Positions 45,099-56,406 of a stretch of 64,000 nt of DNA are shown here, in pieces. This DNA comes from Selaginella moellendorffii (lineage: Eukaryota > Plantae > Lycopodiophyta), in NCBI RefSeq assembly GCF_000143415.4, contig NW_003314279.1, positions 1,288,091 through 1,352,090 on the forward strand. Reading direction: 5' to 3'. The notes under the pieces were generated by a model. It had not been told where the DNA came from and ran no database searches. It saw only the letters and a list, made by a program, of their open reading frames with translations. The position numbers and the translations under genes are program-made. Within the stretch, counting starts at the first letter, position 1. Every line of letters starts with the position of its first letter.

Positions 45099-47129
45099 AT
45101 GAGCAGGATTCTTCGCCAATTACTCCGGCAAGAGATCGATTCTTCGCCTTGCTCGCAGCAGTCCCCCGCGGATCTAGATCTACATTCACTGATTCGATTG
45201 CTCCACCTCTCCCACGATCTCCCCTCCCTCCGGCGAGCCCACGCCGCGATCACGCACAGCAAACACGCCCACTGCCGCTTCCTCGCCAATCTCCTCGTCG
45301 ATCTCTACGGCAAATGCGGGAGCCCCAGGGAGGCGCTGGCGGTCTTCAGCGAGATCAGCGATCCAAACTCCTACTCCTGGAATTTTATGCTCCGGGCCTA
45401 TCTCCTCGGCGGACAGATGATCGAGTTCCAGCAATTCTTCGATAAAATGCGCGCGAGAAACGCTGTTTCCTGGACGACTGCTGTGGAGGCTTATGCCCAG
45501 GCAGGGTATCTAGGGGAAGCTCGCTCATACTTTTCAAGGATGCCACACCACAGCGTAATCGCTTCTACGTCCTTGATGGTAGCTTACGCGCAATATGGTT
45601 ATCTTGATCAATCAAAAGAAATGTTTGATCAAATGCTCAGAAAGACAGAGGTAACTTGGAACGCTATGCTAGAAGCATATGCCCAAGACGGGCAACTTAC
45701 TTATGCAGAGTTTATTTTTTATATACAGCCTAGGTGGAGCATAGTCTCGTTTACAACTGTAATTGTCCTTTACTCGCAGTTTGGCCAGATAGTAAAAGCC
45801 ACTCAAATGTTTAACGAAGTCGCTGACAAAGATGTTGTTGCTTGGGGAGCTCTCCTCTCGGCAAATGCCGAGAACGGGGATTTGCAGACCGCCGAGAAGA
45901 TTTTCTACCTCATGCCCGGCTGGAGCGTCGCGGCTTGCAACTCCGTCGTTGCGGCCTATGGAAACGAAGGTCTCGTCGACAAAGCAAGGCTCGTGTTTGA
46001 TCGAATGCCCGATCGAAACCTTGTCACGTACAACGTCCTCCTCTCATCTCTCGCTCAGCATCGATTCCACGACTCCAAGAGCCTGTTCGACGCCATGAAG
46101 CAGCGAAACATCATCTCATGGAACAACATCCTGCGAGCTTTCGTCGAGAGCCAGCAGCTGGACGCGGCGGAGGGTCTGTTCTTCGCAAAGTTCCCACACT
46201 ACAACCTCGTGTCGTGGAACATCATGCTTGGAGCTCGCAAGGATTCGAGTCGAACTCGGCAGCTTTTCGATCGAATGCCCCACAAGGACGTGATCTCGTG
46301 GTCCGTTCTCCTTCAAGCTTACGCCGACGCCGGCCACTGCTCGCTTGAGGCCAAGCTTGTCTTCCTCCGGCTCCCTCGCTGGAACTCTTTCAGCTGGAAC
46401 GCCGTGATCCAGATCTACGCCCAGGCACGCAAGCCGGACGAGTGCTGGGAGCTCTTCCAGCGATCGCCCAGCAGGAACATCGTCTCCTGGAGCCTCATGA
46501 TCCAGGCGTTCTTCCTAGCGGATCGAGCCGCCAGAGCCGTGGAGGCCTTTAGCCTGATACCACGCAGGAACTTGCTGCTCGGGAACTCGATGATCGCCGC
46601 CTTGTCCCACCGCGGCCATCTCGAAGTCGCCTTGAGCGTCTTCGAGCAGCAAGCCCCCTCGTCCGACACTTTCTCCTGGACGTCCATGATCCAGGCCTAC
46701 GCTCGAAGCTCACAGCTCCACCGCGCTCTCCGGATGCTGGCGAGGATGCTGCTCGAGGGCGTGGAGGCAACGGAGGCGACGGTGACGGCGCTGCTCACTG
46801 GGTGTGGATTTGGCGGCGAGGTTGACGAGGCGAGGAAGCACTTCTTGCGGATGGAGGATGACTTTGGCGTGAGGCCGAGCTTGACACACTTCCACTGCCT
46901 CGTGGACGCGCTGGGGCGAGGCAAGAAGCTGGATGAGGCGGAGGAGCTCGTGGAGACGATGCCATATCTGCCGGATAAGGTGTCGTGGGTGTCGCTGCTG
47001 GCTGCGTGTAGAATGCATGGCGATGGCGGGCGAGCGAAACGAGCAGCCTCCAGGATTCTAGAACTCGACTCGCAAAACACGGCGGCCTCCATTCTTCTGG
47101 AAGAGTCAACTAGAGTCAGCGCTTGTTGA
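45099..47129 (+). CDS. PLS-class PPR-E protein (676 aa), no DYW domain
   Basis: FLANLLVDLYGKCGS, tandem repeats, HFHCLVDALGRG...MPYLPDKVSWVSLLAACRMHG...NTAASILL. Confidence 0.92.
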   Translation: MSRILRQLLRQEIDSSPCSQQSPADLDLHSLIRLLHLSHDLPSLRRAHAAITHSKHAHCRFLANLLVDLYGKCGSPREALAVFSEISDPNSYSWNFMLRAYLLGGQMIEFQQFFDKMRARNAVSWTTAVEAYAQAGYLGEARSYFSRMPHHSVIASTSLMVAYAQYGYLDQSKEMFDQMLRKTEVTWNAMLEAYAQDGQLTYAEFIFYIQPRWSIVSFTTVIVLYSQFGQIVKATQMFNEVADKDVVAWGALLSANAENGDLQTAEKIFYLMPGWSVAACNSVVAAYGNEGLVDKARLVFDRMPDRNLVTYNVLLSSLAQHRFHDSKSLFDAMKQRNIISWNNILRAFVESQQLDAAEGLFFAKFPHYNLVSWNIMLGARKDSSRTRQLFDRMPHKDVISWSVLLQAYADAGHCSLEAKLVFLRLPRWNSFSWNAVIQIYAQARKPDECWELFQRSPSRNIVSWSLMIQAFFLADRAARAVEAFSLIPRRNLLLGNSMIAALSHRGHLEVALSVFEQQAPSSDTFSWTSMIQAYARSSQLHRALRMLARMLLEGVEATEATVTALLTGCGFGGEVDEARKHFLRMEDDFGVRPSLTHFHCLVDALGRGKKLDEAEELVETMPYLPDKVSWVSLLAACRMHGDGGRAKRAASRILELDSQNTAASILLEESTRVSAC

Positions 47130-47260
47130 GGAAGAACTCACAAGTTTTTGTTGCTGGAAAGTCACATTTTTCTTCGTTGATGCTGCTTGAGATGAAAGAG
47201 AGACAAAGTGGATCAAGAAAATACAGAGTTTTCATAAAAAAAGAACTTACCACTGTGCTG

Positions 47261-48923
47261 CTATGAATCCCAGGACGACACACCACCGCCACCAATGTCA
47301 GGCGCCTCCAAGGCATTTGCCAAAGATGACGGCGCAGTGAGCTCGGCTTTGGGCTTCTTGGGCTTCTTGCGTGTTTCTCTGCCGCCGCCCTCGATGATGG
47401 AAACCACCTTAGAATCTTGCTTGGGCGCATCCTTCCGTTTTTTCTCACGGGGTTTCTCCGTGTTGTCTTTAGCAGCAGCGCTAACAGCGTCGGCGCTCGA
47501 TGCAACAAGCTCGATGAACGGCTTCGCCTCTGTCAATTCATCGCGGCTGTCATCTTTGACACTTGCGGCAACTGTCTCTTTCTGCTGTCGTATTGCGCGC
47601 TGCTCGGTGGTTTGCTTTGGCTTGTTCCTGTGTTTCGTCCTCTGTTTGTTGTCTGTGGGCCGGCCATCGAATACTTGCAGGTCAGGAACTAGACTCTTTA
47701 CCTGAGTACAATCAAACAAACATCCGTGTAAGCAAAGATGAAAGACCAAAAGCTTACATCGTCAGGATAATTAGCCTCATCGCAGAGAGGATTTCCTCGC
47801 AGGCTCAGGTTCGCCAGGGATTGCAATTGTTTCAAGACCTTCGCTAAAAATTCAGTTGAGTGCACGAGCAGAACTTGGATTTACGTACCTTGACACATTT
47901 GAATGTTTTAATACTGTTGTGTCCCACATCAATAATCCGCAAACGAGAATTTAGCCCCAGTTCCTTCGGGAGTTTCTGCAGGATAGAAAAATCATAATAA
48001 TACGATCATCCGGAAAAGAGCTACCTTTAAGTGATTATGTGCAAGCCGAAGCTCTTCCAAGAGCAGACAGTTACTTATCGAGCTTCCCAAATCCTTGATC
48101 TCGCAATGAGAGAGGGATAGCTACAGCAAACATTCTAGTTTACAAGAAGACTGCCGGAAAAGAACAAAACGCTTACCTTCTTAAGTGATGTAAGCCTTGT
48201 CAAAGATGTCCCAAGGCTGGAGATGGGGTTTTGGGAGAGAACTTCGTAGCAAGCACGGTTAGAGTTGACAGATAAAACTGAAATCCAATCTACCTAGAGT
48301 GTCGAGGTTCACAAGTTCGTCAAAGGCTCCGATAGAAGTGATCTGATTATCTGTATGAACCGTCTTACTCAATCAAAAAGACTCGATAAAGAACAGACCG
48401 TTCAGAATCAGAGCGCGAAGCTCTCTAAGCTTTGCAAGCATTTCCGTTGATGTAAGCTCGTTTTTGCTACAGTTGAGAACCTGGAACGAAACAAACACAA
48501 TGAAAGAGAAGCGAGGAAGAAATACGAAAGAAAAGAAAGAGCTTTACTCACTGAAAGATTTTTCAGGCCCTCTAGACCCTTCAAAGACGTGAGCTTGTTC
48601 CCAGAGAGTGAAAGCCATTTCAACTTTTTCAAAGGAGCAAGAGCCTAACAATGGAGCGACCAGTTCCTCAGAAATGAAAGGAGAAAAACCCCTATTCACA
48701 TACCTCAACACTCGTGAGAAGATTCCCAGAGAGGTCAATGCGTGTGAGATTGCCGCAGGAATGCAGCTCATCCGAAATCTATCGAAGCACTGTTTTAGCA
48801 AGATTTTCCTCCGCCAATGTCATCACAACACACCTCATCAATCTTCCGGCGAGCAAGCGCCAGCTCGCCCAGCGCCGGCGCGTCGCCGATCCCAGAGATC
48901 AGTTTGCCGTCGAGAATCACCAT
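47261..48923 (-). CDS. SDS22-type leucine-rich repeat protein with a Lys-rich C-terminal tail, multi-exon
   Basis: MVILDGKLISGIG...|ISDELHSCGNLTRIDLSGNLLTSVE|...LKKLKWLSLSGNKLTSLKGLEGLKNL|...LANLSLRGNPL...VPDLQVFDGRP (LRR cap), then a basic tail ending GGGGVSSWDS*. Confidence 0.8.
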
Positions 48924-49003
48924 CTAAAGCCCTAACCTAAACCATTCCCGCCAAAAACGTTTATAAAGAAGATAAAATCCTAAAAAGAACCCTAAAAACA
49001 GAG

Positions 49004-50251
49004 TCACCAGCTAGTGATCCACTGCTGCAATTCTAGCGAGCGCTTCCTCCACCACTTGGGCTTCTTCTTCCTCACTGGTATGTACACAGATTTTCCCTTG
49101 TACATCGACGCCAGGCACTCCCTGGGCGCGCTCCATCGAAAATCCCCTGCTTCCTTCGCAAAGGACGAGTTCCGGAAGCGATTGTGCGAGCTCCGGGAGC
49201 GATTGACATAGCCGGCCCAATCACTGCTCAGCAGCTGCAAATCCTTGACCTTGCGATGCATCCCAATGCAGCAATTCGCGTGCATTGTGCAAATCTCGCC
49301 CACGCGGTGCTTGGCCTGGCAGAAGCTCCCAAAAAGCTCGGTGCGCAAGAACCTCGTCTTGACGCCCATGTCCCAGTACTCGTCCTTGAACATGGCGGCG
49401 GTGAGGACGTCTTGATCCGGCTGGCCCGGGAAGGCGAGGCGGGCATGATACCAGTACTTGTAGAGCTGGAGCGTGCGATTGTTCGCATGGGCGTGCATGA
49501 AGCCACAATTTGGATATGCTGAGTCGCCGTGATGGACGGGGTAGTAGTCACAGGCCATCTCCAAATCGGCATCTGGATGGAAGTGCTGGAATGGATCACG
49601 GAACCACATCACATCGGCGTCCTGCAAAGATCTCTCGAGAAGAATTAGGGTTGGGGGGTAATTTTAAAAGTTGAATTTTAGGGTTCTTACCGAGAAGACG
49701 AAGCTATAGCCGAGCTCGAGGACGACGCCCAAGAGGTAGATCCGGCGCCACATGAGCTGGATGAAGTCGTGGGTCATGAATCCCTTGGCGGAGGCGAAGT
49801 CGAGGCCGGTGGTGCGCAGCGCGTAGCAGTGGCTGTGGATGGCCAGGCACAGGTCGTGCGAGATCTTGTCCACCGCCACGATGAGGAGGTGATCCAGCAA
49901 GGGCTCCGTCCCCTGCCCCGCCCGGAAGCTCCCTAAAAAGAGATCCAGGATGCCCGCCGACACCCACGCCCGGTTGAGCGTCGTGATGATCACCGTCCTG
50001 TTCCGGAACGCCGCGGCGCCCAGAGCTTGCTCCAGTCCTCGCAGCTCGCGATGGCTCTACACAGTGGCTGGATTCCCGCGATCAGATCGAGCAAGAGCTT
50101 ATCGACTCACGAATTCGGAAGAGAGAACGCGCGTCGGCGATCGATCGCCCAGGTCCGGGGCGTGGAATTGCCAGCTCCACAGCGAGCAGAGGTTGTAGGT
50201 CCCAAACACCATTAGGGCGATGGACGCGAGCCTCACGGCGCGGCGAGCCAT
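49004..50251 (-). CDS. Nucleotide-diphospho-sugar transferase (GT77-related), type II membrane protein, 3 exons
   Basis: N-terminal TM; TVIITTLNRAW...LDLFLGSFRAGQGTEPLLDHLLIVAVD...LMWRRI...LELGYSFVFS|DADVMWFRDPF...DQDV...CTMHANCC. Confidence 0.9.
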
Positions 50252-50838
50252 CTCGGGTTGTGTCACTAGGGCAAGAAACCGGGGCCGTTATGACCGTTAG
50301 AAAAGGAATGTGCGAGGGATATGCTGGGTATTCCCGCCAAGATGCTCGGAATATGGGGCCACTGGGCAAGATGCTCGGGTACTTCGGTGTACGACACTCC
50401 GGCTCTGGTGGGTCAATGCATTACGAATGCGCGCGCGCTGCTAAAGCTAGCGGTAGCGAGACGTGTTCTCCTCAAGTATTGGAAGCGGCGATACCGGGGC
50501 GTCTTTATTTTTCCAAGATTCCCGTTTTTGTCGCGTTGCTGGATCTCCATGCATGATTGTGTCATGACAACCTTAGACAATCGCGTTGGAGGGCCGATCC
50601 AACGGCCAGAGTTCGGTTTTCGATTCGCCCAGGCGTTTCGCAAGGGGGAAAAGAGAGGGAGAATATGCGAGGGATATTCACCGGTGGGGGTCAACGTGGA
50701 CAGCCTCCCTCGTCTTCGGAAAAGCTCCGTCACGCTGTGGTGAATATTCACGCGTGGTGTGCGTGGCCGTGGCCCCCGCCGTTGGATGGGTCGCTAGCGG
50801 CGGATGCCAACGGTGGATTTCGCGCCCACCATTTTGTG

Positions 50839-50866
50839 ATGAGAGAGAGAGAGAGAGAGGAGAGAG
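50839..50866 (+). repeat. (GA)n tract in the NLP 5' region
   Basis: GAGAGAGAGAGAGAGAGAGGAGAGAG. Confidence 0.6.
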
Positions 50867-51052
50867 GGCAAAGTTCCAGAGGATTTTGGTTAGCGGATTC
50901 GATTAGATTGTAGCTAATAGGCACTCCTTTTCTTTCTGTTCGTTTTTTCTCACAGATTCGGTCGTGGTGGTGGTGGTGGTGGAGTCCAATTGCCGCACGA
51001 TTTCCCGGTGAAATCGACCACCACCGCAAAGAAATGCCCACCTTGCCCAGGA

Positions 51053-54000
51053 ATGTCTGAGAGAGACGATGGATTTTTCCAGATGGTGTGCGAGCTCTTG
51101 CCAGGAGAAGGAGGAGGTGGAGGAGGAGGAGGAGATTGCTTCATGGATGATCCTGGATTCCCCAATTCAATTCCACCTGCCGCGGATTGGGCGACCAATT
51201 TCCTCACATCGCCTCCATTTCAGTCGGGCAGCTTCTCCTCTCTCTTGGAAGATCTCCTCCTTGCGGAGCCACCGCCAGAGGATACCGCCGCGTCATCGCA
51301 GGATCAACGGGAGGGCGTGGCGGCGGAGGAGGGGGAGGACGAGAAATCGAAAGCGCGCGGCCGCAAGCCCCACAAATCCGAGCTGTTGGGCGACGTCTTG
51401 CGGAGAATCTCGTGTGAGAGAACAGAATTCCTGGCTCAGGTATGGGTGCCCACGATGCGAAACAGCAGGGTCATGCTTACCACGCAAGACCAGCCATACG
51501 CCGTGCAGCCCACCAAATGGGACCTCGTGCGGTACCGCACGCTGTCCGCGCGGTACGCCTTCCCGGTGGCTGGCGGTAGCATTGGTGAAGTTGGTGGTGA
51601 CGTGCTGCCCGGGCTGCCGGGCCGGGTGTTCAGCCGTATGCTGCCGGAGTGGAGTCCCAATGTCCAGTTTTATGACTGTAAAGATTTCTTGCGAGTCCAA
51701 GACGCCGCGCGGTGTAACGTGCGGGGAACTCTGGCTGTGCCGGTGATCGAGCCCAATGCTAGAGAGTGCCTGGCAGTGATTGAGCTTGTCGCCAATGTGG
51801 AGAAGGTCGGGTATGAGTCCGAGATGGGAATGATTTGCAAAGCGCTCGAGGCAAGTTTTGTTCTTTCTTGTGATTAGATTTTTCCGGTTCTTTCATCGAT
51901 CAAAAAAGTTTTTTGCTTGATCAGTCCTTTTCTCGTGATCGTTTTACTCATATCGTCTCTTCATTTTCTCATTAGCTTCCAAGCTTCCATTTTGTTCTTA
52001 GCTTGATCAAACTTTCTTCTTTTCAGGACATAAATCTCTCGAGTTGGCCCAGATGCGGAGTACCCGAGGTACGTGACACAACTTTAAGGTTCGTTTAGCT
52101 CTAAACACATTCTCACAAACTTTAGGTGCCAAAAGCTGGACGAGAGGCTGTGTTCGAGGAGATCTCCGGAGTTCTTCTAGCAGTGTGTGAGTACCATCAA
52201 CTTCCACTAGCACAGACATGGATTCCATGCTTCCAGTCCTCCGGCAAGAGCTCCGGGAATAAAAACCTTCCGTGCTTGGTCGCGAGCCACGCACCGTTTC
52301 ACGTAAGGGACTCGTCGCTCGAGGGATTCCACCGGGCCTGCTCGCAGCAGAAGCTGGAAGCCGGGCAAGGCGTCGCTGGGAAAGCCTCCACCACGAACCA
52401 GCCGAGCTTCACGAGAGACGTCAAGAGCTACTCCATCGCCGAGTATCCACTAGTGAATTACGCTCGCTACTTCAAGCTCGGGGCCGCGGTGGCGATCCGG
52501 CTGAGGAGCCGGCTCACTGGCAGCGACGACTACGTCCTGGAGTTTGTTCTCCCGCTCGAATGCACGGAAGAGGTCGAGCAGTGCAAACTCCTGGACGCTC
52601 TCTCGGTCACCATGCAGCAGGCTTGCCAGAGCTTGAGGATGGTTTCTAGCAGAGAAGTTTTGGAGCAGCGGAGTGTGGTTAGCTCTCCTCGATTCCTGGA
52701 GCTTCACAGTGGTGACGAGGAGATGTCGGGTGTTGTGTTCGACAACAGTGGATTGAGTGTCACCACCACCGCCACTACGACCACGACGAAAGCTACGGCC
52801 AAGAGGAAGAAGTTATGTGGAGATGATCAGAGCTCGTACTGGAGTGCTTGCTCGATTCAAGGCGATGGCTCCGGCGCTGCCAAGAAAAAAGCGGGAGAGA
52901 AGAAGCGTGCCACCAACGAGAAAACGGTGCCTTTGGATGTTCTCCAGCAGCACTTCGCTGGGAGCTTGAGAGATGCTGCGAGGAACATTGGAGGTTGGTA
53001 AAACTTGGATAGTTTTTCGTTAGATTTCCTAGCAAAGAGAAGAGTTCTCTAACTTCGAAAACCGTTTTTCTTTTCGTCTCCAGTGTGTCCGACGACATTG
53101 AAACGGATATGTCGACAGTATGGGATCTCGCGGTGGCCGTCTCGAAAGATAAACAAGGTGAATCGATCGCTCATGAAGCTGCAAGGAGTTATAAACTCGG
53201 TGGAGGGCGCGGACAGGAAAGTGAAGCTTGACATACTGACCGGAGAGATCGCGTCGGCTGCTGCTGCTACAGCTGCGATCACATCCAAGACGAGCAATTC
53301 AGGTCTTGCAAAGTCAAATTTGTCCTTGCATTTTTTCTCTAAACTTTGCTCTTACAGGTCCATCAACGAGCAAGAGTTCATCCGAAGCTAGCTTAAAAGC
53401 CGAGACTCCAGCAGGAAAAGAAGGTCTCAACGTTTTCCCAGACGGCGGTGGCACTGCTACTTCTCCAAACGAAACTCCGGAGATTCACACCACCGAACCG
53501 AGAGTGAACTTGCTACCGGCGATCAAGATCGAGCCCCGGGTTCACGGAAGCCACGCAGCTCTCTCGGTCCTGGATCAACAGAAACTATCTCCCGAGCGCT
53601 TGATAGCGAAAAAGCAATCCTCTTCACCACCACTACCACCGCCACCACCACCACCACCAGGAACTCAAGAACATCAAAGTTTCTATCACCAAAACCAGGC
53701 GAGCTACATCGACTGGCCAGCGCTGTCGAACCGAGTTCTATGCTCCAAGGAGGGAACCAACTGTTTCGAGGAGCGGGCGATCACGGTCAAGGCAACACTG
53801 CGAGAAGACACGATTCGATTCAAGATGGGGATGGAGTTTGGATTCGACACGCTCAAGGGCGAGGTGGCATGGCGATTCAAGCTGGACAAGGAAGGTTTCA
53901 CGCTCAAGTACATGGACGACGATGCGGAATGGGTGGTGCTCAATGGCGACGCCGACTTGGAGGAGTGCTTGGACGTGATGCGTTTTAGCGGCTCGCGGGT

Positions 54001-54082
54001 GATCAAGCTCGTCGTCCAGCCTGTGAGCAATCCAAACGCCGGATCGCCGATTTCGCCCAGCTTCTGCAGTGTCAATTCGTGA
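51053..54082 (+). CDS. NLP: NIN-like protein (GAF-like domains, RWP-RK, PB1) transcription factor, multi-exon
   Basis: LAQVWVP...LTTQDQPY...[18 protein letters not shown]; [10 protein letters not shown]...GQGVAGKA...EYPLVNYA...AVAIRLRS; [20 protein letters not shown]|[26 protein letters not shown]; PB1 ITVKAT..DTIRF...[20 protein letters not shown]. Confidence 0.96.
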
Positions 54083-54345
54083 ACTTGATAGATGTGATCT
54101 TGAGTTGTAGCCTAGTTTTCTATTTTCTTCGTTTGTACAGGGGCAAAGTTCTGGTTTTGTTAGTGGGAGAACGCAAAAAAAAATGGAGATAATTGTGAAT
54201 TTTCTGTACAAGAACGCAAAAAAAAAAAAAAAATGATGAAAATTTGTAAAATTTCCAAGGGGTCTGGGGTTCGAATCACGGCGATAGCACACTTGGTTAG
54301 GGTTTCTCAAAATCGCGTCTCCAGGGTTTGCGAGAGCGCGCGGCC

Positions 54346-56406
54346 ATGGAAATCGATCTGGTGGTGACTGGCGTCCACACGAGGCTCTTCGACGACGATC
54401 CCGCAGCTGCATTCGTCGCCTCGGACGAGGCGCTGGTCCCCTGGAGCGAGGATGCCGACGTTCTCATGGATCGCTACGATGTCCGCCACTTGATCCACGA
54501 CGCCAGTGTTTTCCAGCGCCGGCACCGCCACTCCAGCCCCGTGGACGAAGGAATTTCGCAGGAGGAGCTCGATTACGAGCGGTATAGGGATTTCCACGAG
54601 GCTAGCCGCGAGCTTGAAAGAGGTAAGCGTGTGGTTTTCTTCGTTGTGTGTGACTCGGATTTATTTACTTGCTTGTAGATAAAGCTGGGAACGATGGAGC
54701 CACGGCTTCCACCTCTGGCCTCTACACCAGCGTCCCCTTCGACTATCCCAAAGAGAAAGACAGCGAAAAAGAGAAAGAGAAGCAACCGCCGCCACCCGAC
54801 CAAGAGGAGGCGCTCTTTGTTCCTGGCTTTCCCGTCCCGGACCATTTGCAGCCTCACCTTGTAAGTAGAAACTCCCCACGGGCGCATGAGAATCAAAAGC
54901 ACTCTTTTTTTCTCGTCTAAGCCGTTCTCTCGAGTTGCAGTGGTTTTTAGCATGGAAGATTGCTGGCGCTGTGCTGGTATGGTGGAGAATTAATGGCTTT
55001 GAATTGGCAAACTGATGGCACACACAGGTGTGTGATTGCGAGGGGATGCGTGCTGGTAATGGGTAGAACACCTTATCTAAAATTTCCAAGCTAGAAGTCT
55101 ACTTCCTTGATTCTTTCTTTTCTGAAGCTTTCTAACTTGTGGATCTTGTGGATTGTGTTTCCAGCCTAGGTCCCAGAAGATACACCAGATCATCAGCGGG
55201 ACTGCCAAGTTTGTCAGCGAGCGTGGTGGACAGGCCGAAGTTATCCTCAAAGTAAAGCAGGCAGGCAATCCAAAGTTTGGATTCTTGCTATCGGATCACG
55301 TTCTCCATCCTTACTTCCGGTACCTGGTGGATCACCCGGAGGTGACAGGAGCGATGCTCAGATCTTTTCCACCGCCACCGCCATCACGGCTTGGCAGCGC
55401 TTCCATCACGAAACCAGCGGAAGGACTGAGATTGCTGGGCGAAGTCTACGGAGAGAACGACGAAGAGAATGACAAGAGCTTGAGCTTGCCACCAACAGTG
55501 GAGATCAGAACTATCAAGGAACCACCTCCATACATTAAGACGGTCATCGACAAGATGGTGGAGTTCATCGCCAGGAACGGGAAGGACTTCGAGGACGTTG
55601 TCCGGGACAAGGATAAGTCAGACGAGCGCTTCCACTTTCTCCATCCATGGCACGAGTATCATCCTTACTACTTGAGGATGCTGCAAAACGCTGACCAGGT
55701 AGCTTTCTCTCTTTGTTTCCTTCTCATTCTTTCCAGTCCAGTGAAGTTTTACTCTCTTACTCTCTTGTGATCACAGGCTACCTCGAGACGGCGATCGAGT
55801 TTAAGCAAGCATAGACAAGCGTCCAAGCCACCGGCGAACCTCAAGGCGAGCTCGAGTTCTTCCTCCCAGGAAGTAAATAGCCGGCAAAGACGGAGAAGCA
55901 CTCGGTTTGATGTTCCTCCCCCAAGGGATGAGACCAAGACAGCACCTCACGGGGCACGGGGCGGTCTTCCAGTGGTTTCCAGTGAGGACGAGTTCGTCAA
56001 GGACATCGAGTCGAGCAGCAGAGGTATCGATTGGAACCAGCAACAGCAGTCTGGGATGAGCTACGATGATGCTCTAGCGGCAGTCCTGGCAGCAACCCGA
56101 GGGATCCAGAAGCCAAGGAAAGCTGTCGCGGAGGCCACGAGCAGGACGGAGGAGGAGATCAAGGCGGATATAAAGGCCGAGAGGTTGAAGAGAGCAAAGA
56201 TGCTTGTGAGAGAAGGTGGCGGCCCGGGGGACAATAGCTCAGAGAAGTCCAGTGAGAAAGACGAGCGGAGGAGGCTGCGGGATGACAAGGTTGAAAATGG
56301 ACACGAGCGAAAGAGGAAGCACCATCACACAAATGGCCAGGGGGTCGAGGGAGAAGTACCGGATGATATTCGAGCTAAAGTGAGAGCCATGCTTCAGCAG
56401 CTATGA
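54346..56406 (+). CDS. SWAP/SURP splicing factor (SFSWAP-like) with DRY_EERY domain and two SURP modules
   Basis: LFDDD...LVPW...LMDRYDVRHL...EEELDYERYRD; HQIISGTAKFVSERGGQAEVILKVKQAGNPKFGFL...HPYFRYL; VIDKMVEFIARNGKDFE...FHFLHPWHEYHPYY. Confidence 0.9.

Noticed and set aside
54255-54292. tRNA-like T-loop/B-box GGGGTTCGAATCAC upstream of the SWAP gene
   Set aside because: No acceptor stem, D arm or anticodon arm can be folded. At most a degenerate fragment or chance match.
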